Source: a virus
Lineage: Duplodnaviria > Caudoviricetes
Virus record (IMG/VR): IMGVR_UViG_3300033067_001395
Location: 1 to 42,153 of that record
Reading direction: 5' to 3' (one strand)
Length of the DNA stretch: 42,153 nucleotides
Part shown: positions 7,318 to 17,631 of the stretch, piece after piece
Layout of the letters: each line of letters opens with the position of its first letter
How positions within the stretch are numbered: the first letter of the stretch is position 1
Position numbers and translations under genes: made by a program
Notes under the pieces: generated by a model
Told to the model about the DNA's origin: nothing
Databases searched by the model: none
Seen by the model: the letters and a program-made list of their open reading frames with translations, nothing else

Positions 7318-9822
7318 GTGTCACAACATATCTTTACCGGAACCACGGCTCCAACAACCACGCCCACGGCCGTAGGCCAGCATTTCATCGATACGGTCGC
7401 AAAGAAGACCTACATCTCGGCGGGAACCACCTCCTCGGCCGATTGGAAGCTTGCCACGGATACCGATACGGGAATCACCGAACTCACGGGCGATGTTACT
7501 GCAGGCCCCGGCTCCGGATCGCAAGTCGCAACCCTAGCTAGCACCGCCGTAACGCCCGGTAGCTACACGAATACGAACATAACCGTGGATGCCAAGGGGC
7601 GCGTAACAGCAGCAGCTAACGGAAGCCCAGGCGGCGTCACGTCTGTTGGCGCAACCTCCCCGATCAACTCAAGCGGCGGCGCTACGCCCACAATTTCAAT
7701 TAACACTGCATCCGGATCTCAGTCCGGCGCGTTAAGTTCGACCGATTGGAACACGTTCAATTCGAAACAGGCGGGACCGCTCACGGGCGATGTCACCACC
7801 TCGGGAGCTGCCGCAACGCTAGCCGATACGGCCGTTACCCCCGGATCCTACACAAATGCCGACATTACGATTGATTCAAAGGGCCGCGTCACAGCTGCCG
7901 CAAATGGATCGAGCACCCCAACGGGATCCGCCAACACCTTCGCGGGATTCGATGGCTCGGGCACCCTCTACACCGTCCCCGGATTTGGCATCGATACCAC
8001 CTCCGGAGGCATGAACACGAACCTAACCGAACAGCCAAACGATACCGGCGGCGGCACGGTCAACAACACCAACATTGGTTTTAGCCCGCTCCAAAACTCG
8101 CCCGACGAGAATTGGAACATTGAAAACATCCAGGTTTATTTCGACGTAGCTAGCTCCGGATTCACACAAGGCACCAACGGCAATGCGGCCAACATCCTAA
8201 ACGTTAGCGCAACCCACGCCGGAACAGGCAACATCGGACGCGTCCAGGCCCTCAATACCTACTTTAACCTAGGCAACGGCACCGATCCCATCGAAGTAAA
8301 GGGCTTCTCCTACGCAAATGGATTTGCCGACATTAACGATGGCGTTACCGTTAGTTCAAACCCCAACGGGTATGGGTTTCAGCCTCATTTTCATTCCGGA
8401 GCTTTTCTAACCTCAGATGTAATCGCCTTCTACGATTTTGCTAACATCGATTGCGCATCCAAGGGGTACCAATCCTACGTTGCAAGCCCGACTCTCGCAT
8501 CCATTGCAAACAATAGTAATTTCACCGGATATTCCTGCAATCCGAATATCACCACTTTTAACGGAAACGCGGGTTTCACGGGCGTTGGCATATTCCCAAA
8601 TATCGGAACCATCGATACAGCCGGAAGTTTCCAGGGCGTCGTCATCTCGCCCAACATCACGCTAAATAACAACAGCGCCACGGGTCTGAACGTCAACATG
8701 GGCAACGTCACGAACTACGTCGGAGTTAAAGCCTCGCTCGTCGTTCAAGACATCACGTATCAGATTAACCAGCCCGGCACCGATGGCAACAACATCACGG
8801 TTGAGTACCTGAACACCACAACGGCTGGAAACGAAGTCGCTACGCTATCCGGCGGCCAGCATATCCAGGTGACAATTGAAAGCGGCGTCTCGACGGCAAC
8901 CCAGGTGCTAGCCGCGCTCAACGCCGTTCCCGCCATTATCACAAATGCGCTCATCACGATCACCGGCACCGCGAGTAATCCGCAAGTTACCTATGCTCAG
9001 ACCAACCTCGCGGGCGGCATCAATCCCGGTAACAAGAAGGCCGCTCAGTTTGATGGGGACGTGCAAATCAATGGGGCCCTAAGCTTCACCGGAGGCTTAT
9101 CCATCGGCTCCCTAAATTCATTCGCATCCGTGGACATCTCCGGATTTCCCGGCGACGTAAATTCCATCGATACGCTGATCACCCAGCCCTCCGTTCCGGC
9201 TAGCACCACGCTCACCACCGATCTGCTAGCCATCAACACGGCCATGCTCATGAACATCGGCGATAACTCCACGCTCACCTCGTCCTTCCTTGGATACGCT
9301 GCGCTTGGTCTTCCCGCCGTCCTATCCATGGGCACCGGATCCACGATTGATCGCGTAGGCGGAGCCGTCTTCGCCATCTCGCTTGATTCCGGAGCCACAG
9401 GTGGAACGGCCGACATCGTAGCCCTTTGCCGATCCATCGCTATCCCGAACGGAACAACCACCGTGAACCGCCTCTACGGATATGAGTTCGATCTTCCCTT
9501 CGGAGATCCCGGAACCGATAGCTGGGGGCTCTACGCCGCTCCGAACGTGAACAACTGGATCAAGGGAAGCCTGCGGCTCGGCGGCACCACGATCAGCGAT
9601 GACAAAGCCACAACCGGCTATTCGCTAGACGTTGATGGCGATACGCTCCTGCGCGCGAAGCTGCAGCATAACGGCACCACGGCAGGATTCTTTAATACCC
9701 CGGCGGTAACTCAGCCCGCATCTAGCGGCCCACAAACCGCAGGCGCGCTATATACCGCAACCGAACAAACCATGTTACAAGAAGTTTATAACGCATGCAG
9801 AGCATTAGGATTGATGTCATGA
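7318..9822 (+). CDS. Large Thr/Gly/Asn-rich fibre protein (tail or head fibre)
   Basis: Duplicated LTGDVT...AVTPGSYTN..IT.D.KGRVTAAANGS fibre repeats, STDWNTFNSKQ motif, C-terminal LGLMS; AAGGAG RBS. Confidence 0.8.
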   Translation: MSQHIFTGTTAPTTTPTAVGQHFIDTVAKKTYISAGTTSSADWKLATDTDTGITELTGDVTAGPGSGSQVATLASTAVTPGSYTNTNITVDAKGRVTAAANGSPGGVTSVGATSPINSSGGATPTISINTASGSQSGALSSTDWNTFNSKQAGPLTGDVTTSGAAATLADTAVTPGSYTNADITIDSKGRVTAAANGSSTPTGSANTFAGFDGSGTLYTVPGFGIDTTSGGMNTNLTEQPNDTGGGTVNNTNIGFSPLQNSPDENWNIENIQVYFDVASSGFTQGTNGNAANILNVSATHAGTGNIGRVQALNTYFNLGNGTDPIEVKGFSYANGFADINDGVTVSSNPNGYGFQPHFHSGAFLTSDVIAFYDFANIDCASKGYQSYVASPTLASIANNSNFTGYSCNPNITTFNGNAGFTGVGIFPNIGTIDTAGSFQGVVISPNITLNNNSATGLNVNMGNVTNYVGVKASLVVQDITYQINQPGTDGNNITVEYLNTTTAGNEVATLSGGQHIQVTIESGVSTATQVLAALNAVPAIITNALITITGTASNPQVTYAQTNLAGGINPGNKKAAQFDGDVQINGALSFTGGLSIGSLNSFASVDISGFPGDVNSIDTLITQPSVPASTTLTTDLLAINTAMLMNIGDNSTLTSSFLGYAALGLPAVLSMGTGSTIDRVGGAVFAISLDSGATGGTADIVALCRSIAIPNGTTTVNRLYGYEFDLPFGDPGTDSWGLYAAPNVNNWIKGSLRLGGTTISDDKATTGYSLDVDGDTLLRAKLQHNGTTAGFFNTPAVTQPASSGPQTAGALYTATEQTMLQEVYNACRALGLMS

Positions 9823-9938
9823 CGAAAGCACAAGCACAGCAAATCGTAGACCTTCACAAAAGCGGCGCGCCTCAGGAATATCACAAGCTCCTTGAGGCTA
9901 TCCAAACGCTCGCGCGCATCGACCCACCACAACAATAA
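9819..9938 (+). CDS. Small helical protein (39 aa)
   Basis: ATGA overlap with the fibre stop; MTKAQAQQIVDLHKSG... Confidence 0.55.
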   Translation: MTKAQAQQIVDLHKSGAPQEYHKLLEAIQTLARIDPPQQ

Positions 9939-9950
9939 GGAAAAACCTAA

Positions 9951-10124
9951 ATGAACCAAATGACCCACGCCCAAGCCATCAAAATTCTAGAAGACGTTAC
10001 CGCTCAAGTGAGTATGAACCGCGAATCTCATATCGCCGTCATGACCGCGCTAAACACGCTCCGCAATGCGCTATTCGATAAGATGCCCACCGTAAAGCCG
10101 GACGACGCACCATCAGCTAAATAA
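9951..10124 (+). CDS. Small helical protein (57 aa)
   Basis: TAAGGA RBS; MNQMTHAQAIKILEDV... Confidence 0.6.
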   Translation: MNQMTHAQAIKILEDVTAQVSMNRESHIAVMTALNTLRNALFDKMPTVKPDDAPSAK

Positions 10125-10146
10125 TTCTCCCAACATCGCCGAAGGA

Positions 10147-10584
10147 ATGAATCCAATGTCTGACGATACGCCTATCAAAGCACCCGCCAAAATGGGACGC
10201 CCCAAGAAGGAGCTCAATTGGGAGGAATTCGATAAGCTATGCGCCATTCATGCCACACTGCGCGAACTCGCTGGCTGGTTTGAATGCTCGGAGGACATTG
10301 TTGAGCGACGCGTGAAGGAAGAATTCGGCATGACTTTCGCGGAGTATCAGGTCCAAAGGCAGGCCCCCGGCAAGATGTCGCTGCGCAGAAAGCTCTTTGA
10401 GATGGCCTCAAAGGGCAACATGACCGCGCTCATCTGGCTATCGAAGAACCATTTGGGCATGTCCGATAAGGTTGAGCAGAAGAACGAAATGGTCGTTAGC
10501 GGTAATCTAGATGTGACCTACGTTGCCGAGTGGGGAGGCGTTGGCGAGTCCGCTTCACCCAAATCATCGGATGACGACGCGTAA
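10147..10584 (+). CDS. terS: Terminase small subunit
   Basis: GRPK, HTH-like segment, SLRRK.FE.A..GN.TALIWL.KN.LG..DK; directly upstream of the large subunit. Confidence 0.85.
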   Translation: MNPMSDDTPIKAPAKMGRPKKELNWEEFDKLCAIHATLRELAGWFECSEDIVERRVKEEFGMTFAEYQVQRQAPGKMSLRRKLFEMASKGNMTALIWLSKNHLGMSDKVEQKNEMVVSGNLDVTYVAEWGGVGESASPKSSDDDA

Positions 10585-11902
10585 ACTACGCCTATACCAG
10601 CCGTACCCGCTTCAACTCGCGTTCCATAAGCTTTGCGGGGAGTTCCGCTTCACTGTCGTCTCCTGGGGACGGCAAATGGGGAAGAGCACCGCTGCCCTAA
10701 ACCACCTTTTAAAAGTCGCATGGGAAAATCCCAATCACACCTATTGGTTTGTCTCACCCACCTACGATCAGGCTAAACAGCAGTACCGCCGCCTGATCGG
10801 CATGCTTTGGAATTGCCGCGAGGTGATGACCAAGAAGAACCAGACCGAGCTTCGGGTTAAATTCATCAACGGCGCGCAGATCATTTTCAAATCAGGCGAC
10901 AGCCCCGACAACCTTCGAGGCGTCTCGCTAAACGGCGTGGTCGTGGATGAAGTGCGCGATCAAAACCCAGACCTTTGGGCGCTAGTTCTGCGTCCCATGC
11001 TGAACACCACGGGCGGATGGGCGATCTTTATTTCCACCCCCAACGGATTCGATGCTTTTTGGGAACTTTATGAATTTGCCAGGGTGGATACCACGGGCGA
11101 GTGGGGACACATGCAGGCCAGCGCCTACGAATGCCCGCTGTACCCGCAGAAGGAGCTAGATTCCCTTCGCAACATGATGACCGAAGCGGAGTTTGCGCAG
11201 GAGATCCTAGCCGAGTTCCGCGACATGACCGCCGGGCGCGCGTACTACAACTACGGCACGCATAACGAGCGCATGGATTCCCCCTTTGCTAAACCGGGCG
11301 AGGAATACTCCGAACATCTTCCCATATTGCTTGGAATGGACTTCAACCTAAACCCCATGGCGTGGACGCTAGGGCAGCACCTCAACCGCGAGTTTCACTG
11401 GACCGATGAGATCCACCTAGCCGGTTCGAACACGCCCGAGGCCGCAAAGGTTCTCATCGAGAAGCTATTTGCCTCCGGCGTGTGCATGGAAAAGGTTGGC
11501 GTCATCCTATGCGGGGATGCGAGCGGTAAAGCGACGCAGCGCACATCAAATAAATCAGACTTCGATATCGTTAAAGAGCATTTATTCCTAGCCGGTATCA
11601 AATATTCGGATCGCACGCCCGATTCAAACCCATCGATTAAGGATCGCGTGAACACCGTAAACGCCGCTCTAAAATCCGGCACTGGCAAAGTCTCCATGAC
11701 CCTGAACCCGGTCAAATGCGTGAACCTGCGCAAGGACTTCCAGCGCGTCGTGTGGAAAAACAGCTCCGACAAGGCAATCCTCGATGAGGGATCGAAGCAC
11801 GAGAGAACGCACAACACGGACGGCGTGGGTTATCCCATATGCGTGTTCGCACCGATTAAGGTTAGCGGGCGCGGTAGTAAAATGCGGGTGCTCGTGAGAT
11901 AG
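10571..11902 (+). CDS. terL: Terminase large subunit
   Basis: Walker A GRQMGKST, Walker B VVVDE, ISTPNG motif, nuclease GMDFN; start set at ATG 10571. Confidence 0.95.
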   Translation: MTTRKLRLYQPYPLQLAFHKLCGEFRFTVVSWGRQMGKSTAALNHLLKVAWENPNHTYWFVSPTYDQAKQQYRRLIGMLWNCREVMTKKNQTELRVKFINGAQIIFKSGDSPDNLRGVSLNGVVVDEVRDQNPDLWALVLRPMLNTTGGWAIFISTPNGFDAFWELYEFARVDTTGEWGHMQASAYECPLYPQKELDSLRNMMTEAEFAQEILAEFRDMTAGRAYYNYGTHNERMDSPFAKPGEEYSEHLPILLGMDFNLNPMAWTLGQHLNREFHWTDEIHLAGSNTPEAAKVLIEKLFASGVCMEKVGVILCGDASGKATQRTSNKSDFDIVKEHLFLAGIKYSDRTPDSNPSIKDRVNTVNAALKSGTGKVSMTLNPVKCVNLRKDFQRVVWKNSSDKAILDEGSKHERTHNTDGVGYPICVFAPIKVSGRGSKMRVLVR

Positions 11903-11914
11903 TGATTTGCAGAA

Positions 11915-12970
11915 ATGCCAAGAGCCTCAGAATCAAACGCATATCGTGAATTCATGGCGGAGCGAAACAAAACGCTCGAGAACATGCTATCGAATGCCAG
12001 GGCCGAGCAAACCAACATCCTAGCACCCGCGCTTCGCGAGATCGCAAACTTCCTAGCCGGGCAAATCGTGATGAAATCCATCACCACCTCTCAGCAGGTG
12101 CAGAACCGAATCCAATCCACGCTCATGGCCCTCGCGCCCGCGCTCTATGTAAACCAATGTAAAATGGCCAGATCCGTGTACATCATGGCGAACGCGGCCA
12201 CGGCCGAGGCTATCGCGCAGGCATCGAACGAGGAGCTGAAATTCTCCGCGCCCAACCGCGAGCCCTCCGCATCGAAGAACCAAGAAGTTTATAACCGGAT
12301 CATCCTCTATCTGGATCGCCTCACGCGTCGCATTATGGACGCCTACCAGCTATCGGCGATCATGGAGGAGGATTCGAAGGATTCGATGAACCGGATCCTG
12401 CGCGCGATGCCCAAGCGCGAGCCCGCCAAACGCTTCCCGCTTCGCAATCCTAAGCTCCGCGAGGCTGATACAGGCATTGGCAAAGCCCTAAAGGATTTCG
12501 CCCTATCGTTTCTCACCGATGAGGAATGGGACGCTACGGTTAGCTATGCCACGCTTCAAGTCCTTCCCGTCGCACGCGGCCCCGAAGACCTTATCGATAT
12601 TCCGGACGAAGCTAAACCCTCGGGCGTCGAGGAAGTCTACGCATGGGAATACGAGCAGGATCTCACGCATGAATTCGTGCAGTCCGTGCGCGATGGCGAG
12701 GAAGACGCAGCAAACGAGAACGGCATTTCGGAGTTTGTTTTCGTAGCCGTCATCGATGCCAAAACCGATGAGTGTTGTTTATGGCGCGATGGCCTTACAA
12801 TAACCGAGATCGAGGAAAAGCTCGCGGGCATGGACGAGGACGATCAGTGCATGGGCGTTGAACCGCCTTTGCACCCGAACTGCCGTTGCCGATTAGAGCC
12901 CGTTCTGGATTCCATTGGCTCCGGCCAATCAACCGAAGCAAAGGATTTTGAGACATGGCTAAAGACGTAG
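11915..12970 (+). CDS. Head morphogenesis / minor head protein (SPP1 gp7 / Mu gpF family)
   Basis: D.KT.ECC..RDG and PPLHPNCRC motifs. Confidence 0.85.
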   Translation: MPRASESNAYREFMAERNKTLENMLSNARAEQTNILAPALREIANFLAGQIVMKSITTSQQVQNRIQSTLMALAPALYVNQCKMARSVYIMANAATAEAIAQASNEELKFSAPNREPSASKNQEVYNRIILYLDRLTRRIMDAYQLSAIMEEDSKDSMNRILRAMPKREPAKRFPLRNPKLREADTGIGKALKDFALSFLTDEEWDATVSYATLQVLPVARGPEDLIDIPDEAKPSGVEEVYAWEYEQDLTHEFVQSVRDGEEDAANENGISEFVFVAVIDAKTDECCLWRDGLTITEIEEKLAGMDEDDQCMGVEPPLHPNCRCRLEPVLDSIGSGQSTEAKDFETWLKT

Positions 12971-14793
12971 TGAAGAAGATCAAAGCCCCGGTGGTTCAAT
13001 CCAAGCCTGCCGAACTTGAGCAGGATAAGAAATCCAAAACCACGTGGGCGCGTACCGTGAACCATAACTGGCTCACCGATAAGACCTACGAATACGACGA
13101 TTCATTTCAGCCCAGCGGCTCCACAAACTTCTGGGAAGCTAAGACCGTTCACGATGTCGTGCGCGTGCTAGAGGCCAATCCCGAAGTTCAGATCGACGCC
13201 AAATGTATCGGCTATGATCGCAAGTCTAAAGCTATCGGCATGGCCGGCCTGAACCGAAGCAAGTTCCTTGAGGGCTTCAAAAAGGGCTCCATCAAAGGTG
13301 TGAGCCTACGCGAGGCCGATCAATTCGCGGCTACCTCGCAGGCCGGATTCTCGAACTACAACGATGGCAACGTGGGGGATGATTTCATTTCCCTACTTGG
13401 CGGCCCGTTCAATAAGCAGCTCTATCTCTACGATTACCAGCGCATGCACTCGCTGGCGTTCTTCGCCTACCACCACGATCCCATCGCACGTTTCATCATC
13501 AACACGATGACCGACTTTGCGCTTGGGCGTGGCTTTCGCGTGGACGTGATCGGCGGCAAGGATAAGAACTTTGCTGCGCCTCTCTGGAAGCTCACCGAAG
13601 AGGTGAACGACCTGCCGAACCTCATGCAGAACTTCTGCAACGAGATCGGAATCTATGGCGAGGTCATGAATTGGCAGCTGCCGGATATGCAGACCAAAAT
13701 CGGCTATCAGGATTACGCTGGCCAGGAGCCTAAGAAGGGTATCGCACCCCGATTTCGTCCCATCGATCCCTCGTCCATTTGGGAAATCATTACCTACCCC
13801 GAGGACATCACGCGCGTACTTGCGTACCAGCAGATTGCGCCTACGCAGTACCAAATGTACACGGGCGTGGATGCAGGAAAGCCCGTCACCACGCTCAAAT
13901 ATCTCTACCAGCAGATCGCGGCCGACCAAATCGACCATTACAAAATCAACTGCGTTTCAAACGAGAAGCGTGGGCGATCAGATTTGTTTCCGATTCTCGG
14001 ATATCTGAAGCGCATGCGCGATTCGATCAACTACTCCATTATCGGGGATATGAAGAACTCCGCATGGAGCATGGATACCACCATCGATGGGGATCAGGAC
14101 GACATTGATGCTTATGTGGAGAACCAAGCGGCCATGGGAACCATTCCTCCGGCTGGCTCCGAATTCGTTCATTCGCAGCATGTCACGCGCCAGTACCTAG
14201 CGAACGCGGGCGCGAAGAGTAGCAAGTCCTCTAGCTTCGAATGGACGCTATCCATGATCGCTATTGGTTGCGGGATTCCCGTTTCCTATTTCGGATCGCA
14301 TCTATCGGGAGGCCAAACGCGTGCCTCCGCGCTAGTATCCACCGAGCCGTTCACCAAGCGCATCGAGAAACGGCAAACCCTTCTCAAGCGCATCATCTCG
14401 GACATGTTCAATCGCACGATGAAGCAGTATGGCTTTGACGCTGTGTGCGAAATCACATTCCCAGACGTTGTGGTTCAGGATCGAACAGCGAAGCTCAAGG
14501 ACTTGGTTCTAGCTGAAACCCAGAAGTGGGTATCGAAGGAACGCGCCGCCGAGATCGCCTCCAAGGAACTCAACATCACCGATTACGATTACAAAAAGGA
14601 GCAGGAAGCCATCGCCATGGATAAAACCAACGCGGCCCCTCCGCCTGGCCAAATGAGCCCGCTCACGGCACCCGCCGGAGTACCGGCTCAAGGTAATCCT
14701 TTGATTGCCGATAAGCCTGAGGCTGGCGGGAAACCGCCGCATGCAATTACTAGCGCAGACAAAGAGGAGGCACGCCGTGGTCGCGGATTCTAA
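12955..14793 (+). CDS. Portal protein
   Basis: Size and position; IDHYKIN...NEKRGRSDL.P and GIP.SYFG motifs. Confidence 0.85.
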   Translation: MAKDVVKKIKAPVVQSKPAELEQDKKSKTTWARTVNHNWLTDKTYEYDDSFQPSGSTNFWEAKTVHDVVRVLEANPEVQIDAKCIGYDRKSKAIGMAGLNRSKFLEGFKKGSIKGVSLREADQFAATSQAGFSNYNDGNVGDDFISLLGGPFNKQLYLYDYQRMHSLAFFAYHHDPIARFIINTMTDFALGRGFRVDVIGGKDKNFAAPLWKLTEEVNDLPNLMQNFCNEIGIYGEVMNWQLPDMQTKIGYQDYAGQEPKKGIAPRFRPIDPSSIWEIITYPEDITRVLAYQQIAPTQYQMYTGVDAGKPVTTLKYLYQQIAADQIDHYKINCVSNEKRGRSDLFPILGYLKRMRDSINYSIIGDMKNSAWSMDTTIDGDQDDIDAYVENQAAMGTIPPAGSEFVHSQHVTRQYLANAGAKSSKSSSFEWTLSMIAIGCGIPVSYFGSHLSGGQTRASALVSTEPFTKRIEKRQTLLKRIISDMFNRTMKQYGFDAVCEITFPDVVVQDRTAKLKDLVLAETQKWVSKERAAEIASKELNITDYDYKKEQEAIAMDKTNAAPPPGQMSPLTAPAGVPAQGNPLIADKPEAGGKPPHAITSADKEEARRGRGF

Positions 14794-15139
14794 GTTCACA
14801 AAATACACGCAGCTTGCCGACCTCTCGGAGAACCCGAACAAGTACGGCCTCCCTACGTTCGAGGAATTCGCTAAAAACCCGGACAAATGGCGCTACGGAA
14901 GCAAGCAAATCGTGAACGCAATTGATCGCGGGACCAGCCTTTTTTCAAATGTCAGCCATCACACCTATAAGATTAAAACAAAATCTGGCATGATCTACGA
15001 TTGTGGACAGTCGCTTGAGAAAGCGGAATACGTTGCTAGGCAAGAAGGCTACGGGCTTGCGGATCTGAAATGCAGACCGGAAATGCGCGAAGGTTTTTCC
15101 ACGAAAATGTACGTTGAAGTCCTCTTTGAGGTGCCATGA
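14777..15139 (+). CDS. Hypothetical protein in head module
   Basis: GAGGAGG RBS before GTG 14777. Confidence 0.65.
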   Translation: MVADSKFTKYTQLADLSENPNKYGLPTFEEFAKNPDKWRYGSKQIVNAIDRGTSLFSNVSHHTYKIKTKSGMIYDCGQSLEKAEYVARQEGYGLADLKCRPEMREGFSTKMYVEVLFEVP

Positions 15140-16206
15140 AATTATTCGCTCTAGTACTCCCAAAAAAGGGAAATTTACGAGAAGCGAATAAAAGCAAACT
15201 GCCGCCTTTAGGTTGGCTCACGTTTACCTCAGCCATCATCGAAAAGAATCAGGAAGCATCCGAGGATGCGGACGACGATGCAGGCCTAGAGGAATCCGAC
15301 GCAATTCTAGATGCCCTTGAGGGGCAAAAGACGCCTGATCAAAGGGTCCAAGAACTACTCACGCAAAATCCCACGATCAGCGGAGCTACTTTCTTGAATG
15401 TTTTGAAGGCGAACGGCATCAAGTTCACCGAATCCGCCGTGGCCCCTAAAAAGGAATCCACGCCGCTGGCATCTCTGAAATTCTTTGAGATGAGTGAGGC
15501 CTTTTGGCGCTTCAAACCTAAGCATAAGGAAGCCGAAGGCGGTTCGACTAACGTGCCCGTGCTACGCGCGGCCGTTAAAGAAAGTATGATCTTTGATCGC
15601 CCGGAGCTGTCCTATAAGCTCATCGAATCCAAGGAAGACGGCGTTGGACCCACCAAGTTCGGCGTGGTTCTACTCACCGAGGGACTTGGCAACCTACGCG
15701 ATGGCTTCTGGTACACGCGCGAGGCACTAAACTCCGCCGTTACCCAGTTCGAAGGCCGCAAATGCTACGCCAATCACCCCTCGAAATCCGAGGAGCAAGA
15801 GCGCCCCGAGCGCGACGTGCGCGACATCCTAGGACACTTCTCGAACCTTCGCGTGGAAGACGCCGCCGATGGGCGCGCGCAGCTCAAGGCTGATTTAGAA
15901 GTACCCTCAAGCGATTCCTACAAGTGGGCGCGTGAGCTATGCGCTTCCGCCATCGAGTTCCAAAAGAAATTCCCTGACAAGGACCTCGTTGGATTGTCCA
16001 TTAACGCTAACGGATCGGCCGAGCAGATCACGGTTCAAGACCTGATCTCGCGCGGGATCCCCGATAGCTGCCGGCCGAAACTCATGGCGGCGGTAGAAAA
16101 AGGCATGTCCGCAGTTAAGATTGTTTTACTAATTACCGACGCGGTTTCCTGTGATCTCGTAACTGAGGCAGGCGCGGGCGGCAAAATCACTTCGATTATT
16201 GAATAA
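15136..16206 (+). CDS. Prohead (maturation) protease
   Basis: Y.NHP (His), VGLSIN (Ser), DLVTEAGAGG (Asp); lies between portal and scaffold. Confidence 0.8.
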   Translation: MKLFALVLPKKGNLREANKSKLPPLGWLTFTSAIIEKNQEASEDADDDAGLEESDAILDALEGQKTPDQRVQELLTQNPTISGATFLNVLKANGIKFTESAVAPKKESTPLASLKFFEMSEAFWRFKPKHKEAEGGSTNVPVLRAAVKESMIFDRPELSYKLIESKEDGVGPTKFGVVLLTEGLGNLRDGFWYTREALNSAVTQFEGRKCYANHPSKSEEQERPERDVRDILGHFSNLRVEDAADGRAQLKADLEVPSSDSYKWARELCASAIEFQKKFPDKDLVGLSINANGSAEQITVQDLISRGIPDSCRPKLMAAVEKGMSAVKIVLLITDAVSCDLVTEAGAGGKITSIIE

Positions 16207-16220
16207 GGGGAGAGACACAT

Positions 16221-17090
16221 ATGTTCAAACAATTCATGGTTAAACTTCTCGAGGGCGACGTTATGGAAGCCTTCGGAAAAAAGGACGATGGCGCACCTAC
16301 GCCCGGCCAAGGTTCCGCACCCGCTTCGGGCGGCGCAGCACCGGCATCTGGAAATGGCGCAGACGCTGCGGCAGCTGACGCACCGGCACCCGGAAACTCG
16401 GGCGACGTTGCCGAACCTTCCGTTGGCCACGACGATGCTCAAGAAGATCTGCTCATGCTCCAAAAGATCATCTCCCAAGCTTTGGGCGAAGAGCACATGG
16501 AAAACCCGGAAGCTCAAACCATGGCTAAAGACGCCGTGGGTTCGTACCTAGAGATGGGCTACGACAAGCTTGCCGCTCAGGAAGCCGCAACCCATAGCAT
16601 GAAACTCGCCAAACACATGGGCGAGAAGAAATCTAAGGAAGCCGCTCCGGCTCCCGAAGCTACGCCCACGCAAGAGGCCGCTGCTCCGGTTGTTACCGAA
16701 GAATGCAGCACGCCCACGAAAGAATCAGATGGGATTAAAGCCCAGGTTCCCGCACTCACCAAAAAAGGCAGCGATGCCACGCCCGTAGACGCTTTGAAAG
16801 AAGCCATGGAGCGTATCGCAGTGCTGGAAAATAAGCTTTTGGAATCCGAGGTTGCAACAAAGGTTGATCACCTTCTGCGTGAATCGAATTTGGCGGGAGA
16901 ACGCGCCAACTTCCTAAAGCTCGTTGATGGCGAAAAAGACCTCACCAAGATCACCGAAAAGTTCACGGCCTTCCGTGATTCCGTTAAATCCGCTGGCGGC
17001 AATAACAACGGCCTCAGCTTCGCAATGTTAGAAAAAGCATCGGTTCCCGCGCAGGGCGGTTCTACCGGCGGCTTCAGTAATTTCGTTTAA
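16221..17090 (+). CDS. Capsid scaffolding protein
   Basis: Acidic, Ala/Pro-rich, helical; lies between protease and capsid genes. Confidence 0.7.
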   Translation: MFKQFMVKLLEGDVMEAFGKKDDGAPTPGQGSAPASGGAAPASGNGADAAAADAPAPGNSGDVAEPSVGHDDAQEDLLMLQKIISQALGEEHMENPEAQTMAKDAVGSYLEMGYDKLAAQEAATHSMKLAKHMGEKKSKEAAPAPEATPTQEAAAPVVTEECSTPTKESDGIKAQVPALTKKGSDATPVDALKEAMERIAVLENKLLESEVATKVDHLLRESNLAGERANFLKLVDGEKDLTKITEKFTAFRDSVKSAGGNNNGLSFAMLEKASVPAQGGSTGGFSNFV

Positions 17091-17112
17091 TTTCTAAAAG
17101 GAGAAAGACAAA

Positions 17113-17604
17113 ATGAGCACAGCAAAAAACACCATCGTTCGGGAGATCTCGCGAAAATCTATTTTCGAATCTGCCTTCACCGTTACCGACAGTGCGGTGA
17201 GCTACAACCAAGGCGACCTTCTCGTGTTCAACGCGACCACGAAAAAGATCGTTAAGCCCTCGGCTGAAACCGAAGGCAGCACGTTCCTCGGTTGCGCAGT
17301 TGTTACCGTCGTGAATGGCAAGCTGAAAAGCCCCTACTCCACCTCGAACGATGCGGCTATCCAGCCCTCCGACATTCCCGGTCCCGCCTACGGCGTGATC
17401 GCTCTTTGCAAACTTAAGAGCGGCGATGCACTCGCATCCGGCGACGCTGTTTACTTGTACCCTGCAGGCGGCGAGCAATACGTCCAAGCTGCTGGTACGA
17501 AGATCATCGGCGTTTACCAAGGCAAGAACGTAACCGGCGGAACGAACACCGACATCGAAGTCCTTTTGGGCGCTCGATACATCGGCGACACTTTGAAATT
17601 CTAA
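17113..17604 (+). CDS. Head decoration / capsid cement protein
   Basis: Small beta-rich protein directly upstream of the major capsid gene; GDLLV, GDAVY and IG..Q motifs. Confidence 0.7.
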   Translation: MSTAKNTIVREISRKSIFESAFTVTDSAVSYNQGDLLVFNATTKKIVKPSAETEGSTFLGCAVVTVVNGKLKSPYSTSNDAAIQPSDIPGPAYGVIALCKLKSGDALASGDAVYLYPAGGEQYVQAAGTKIIGVYQGKNVTGGTNTDIEVLLGARYIGDTLKF

Positions 17605-17631
17605 TTAGAAAGAATTGGGGGAGATTTTTAT

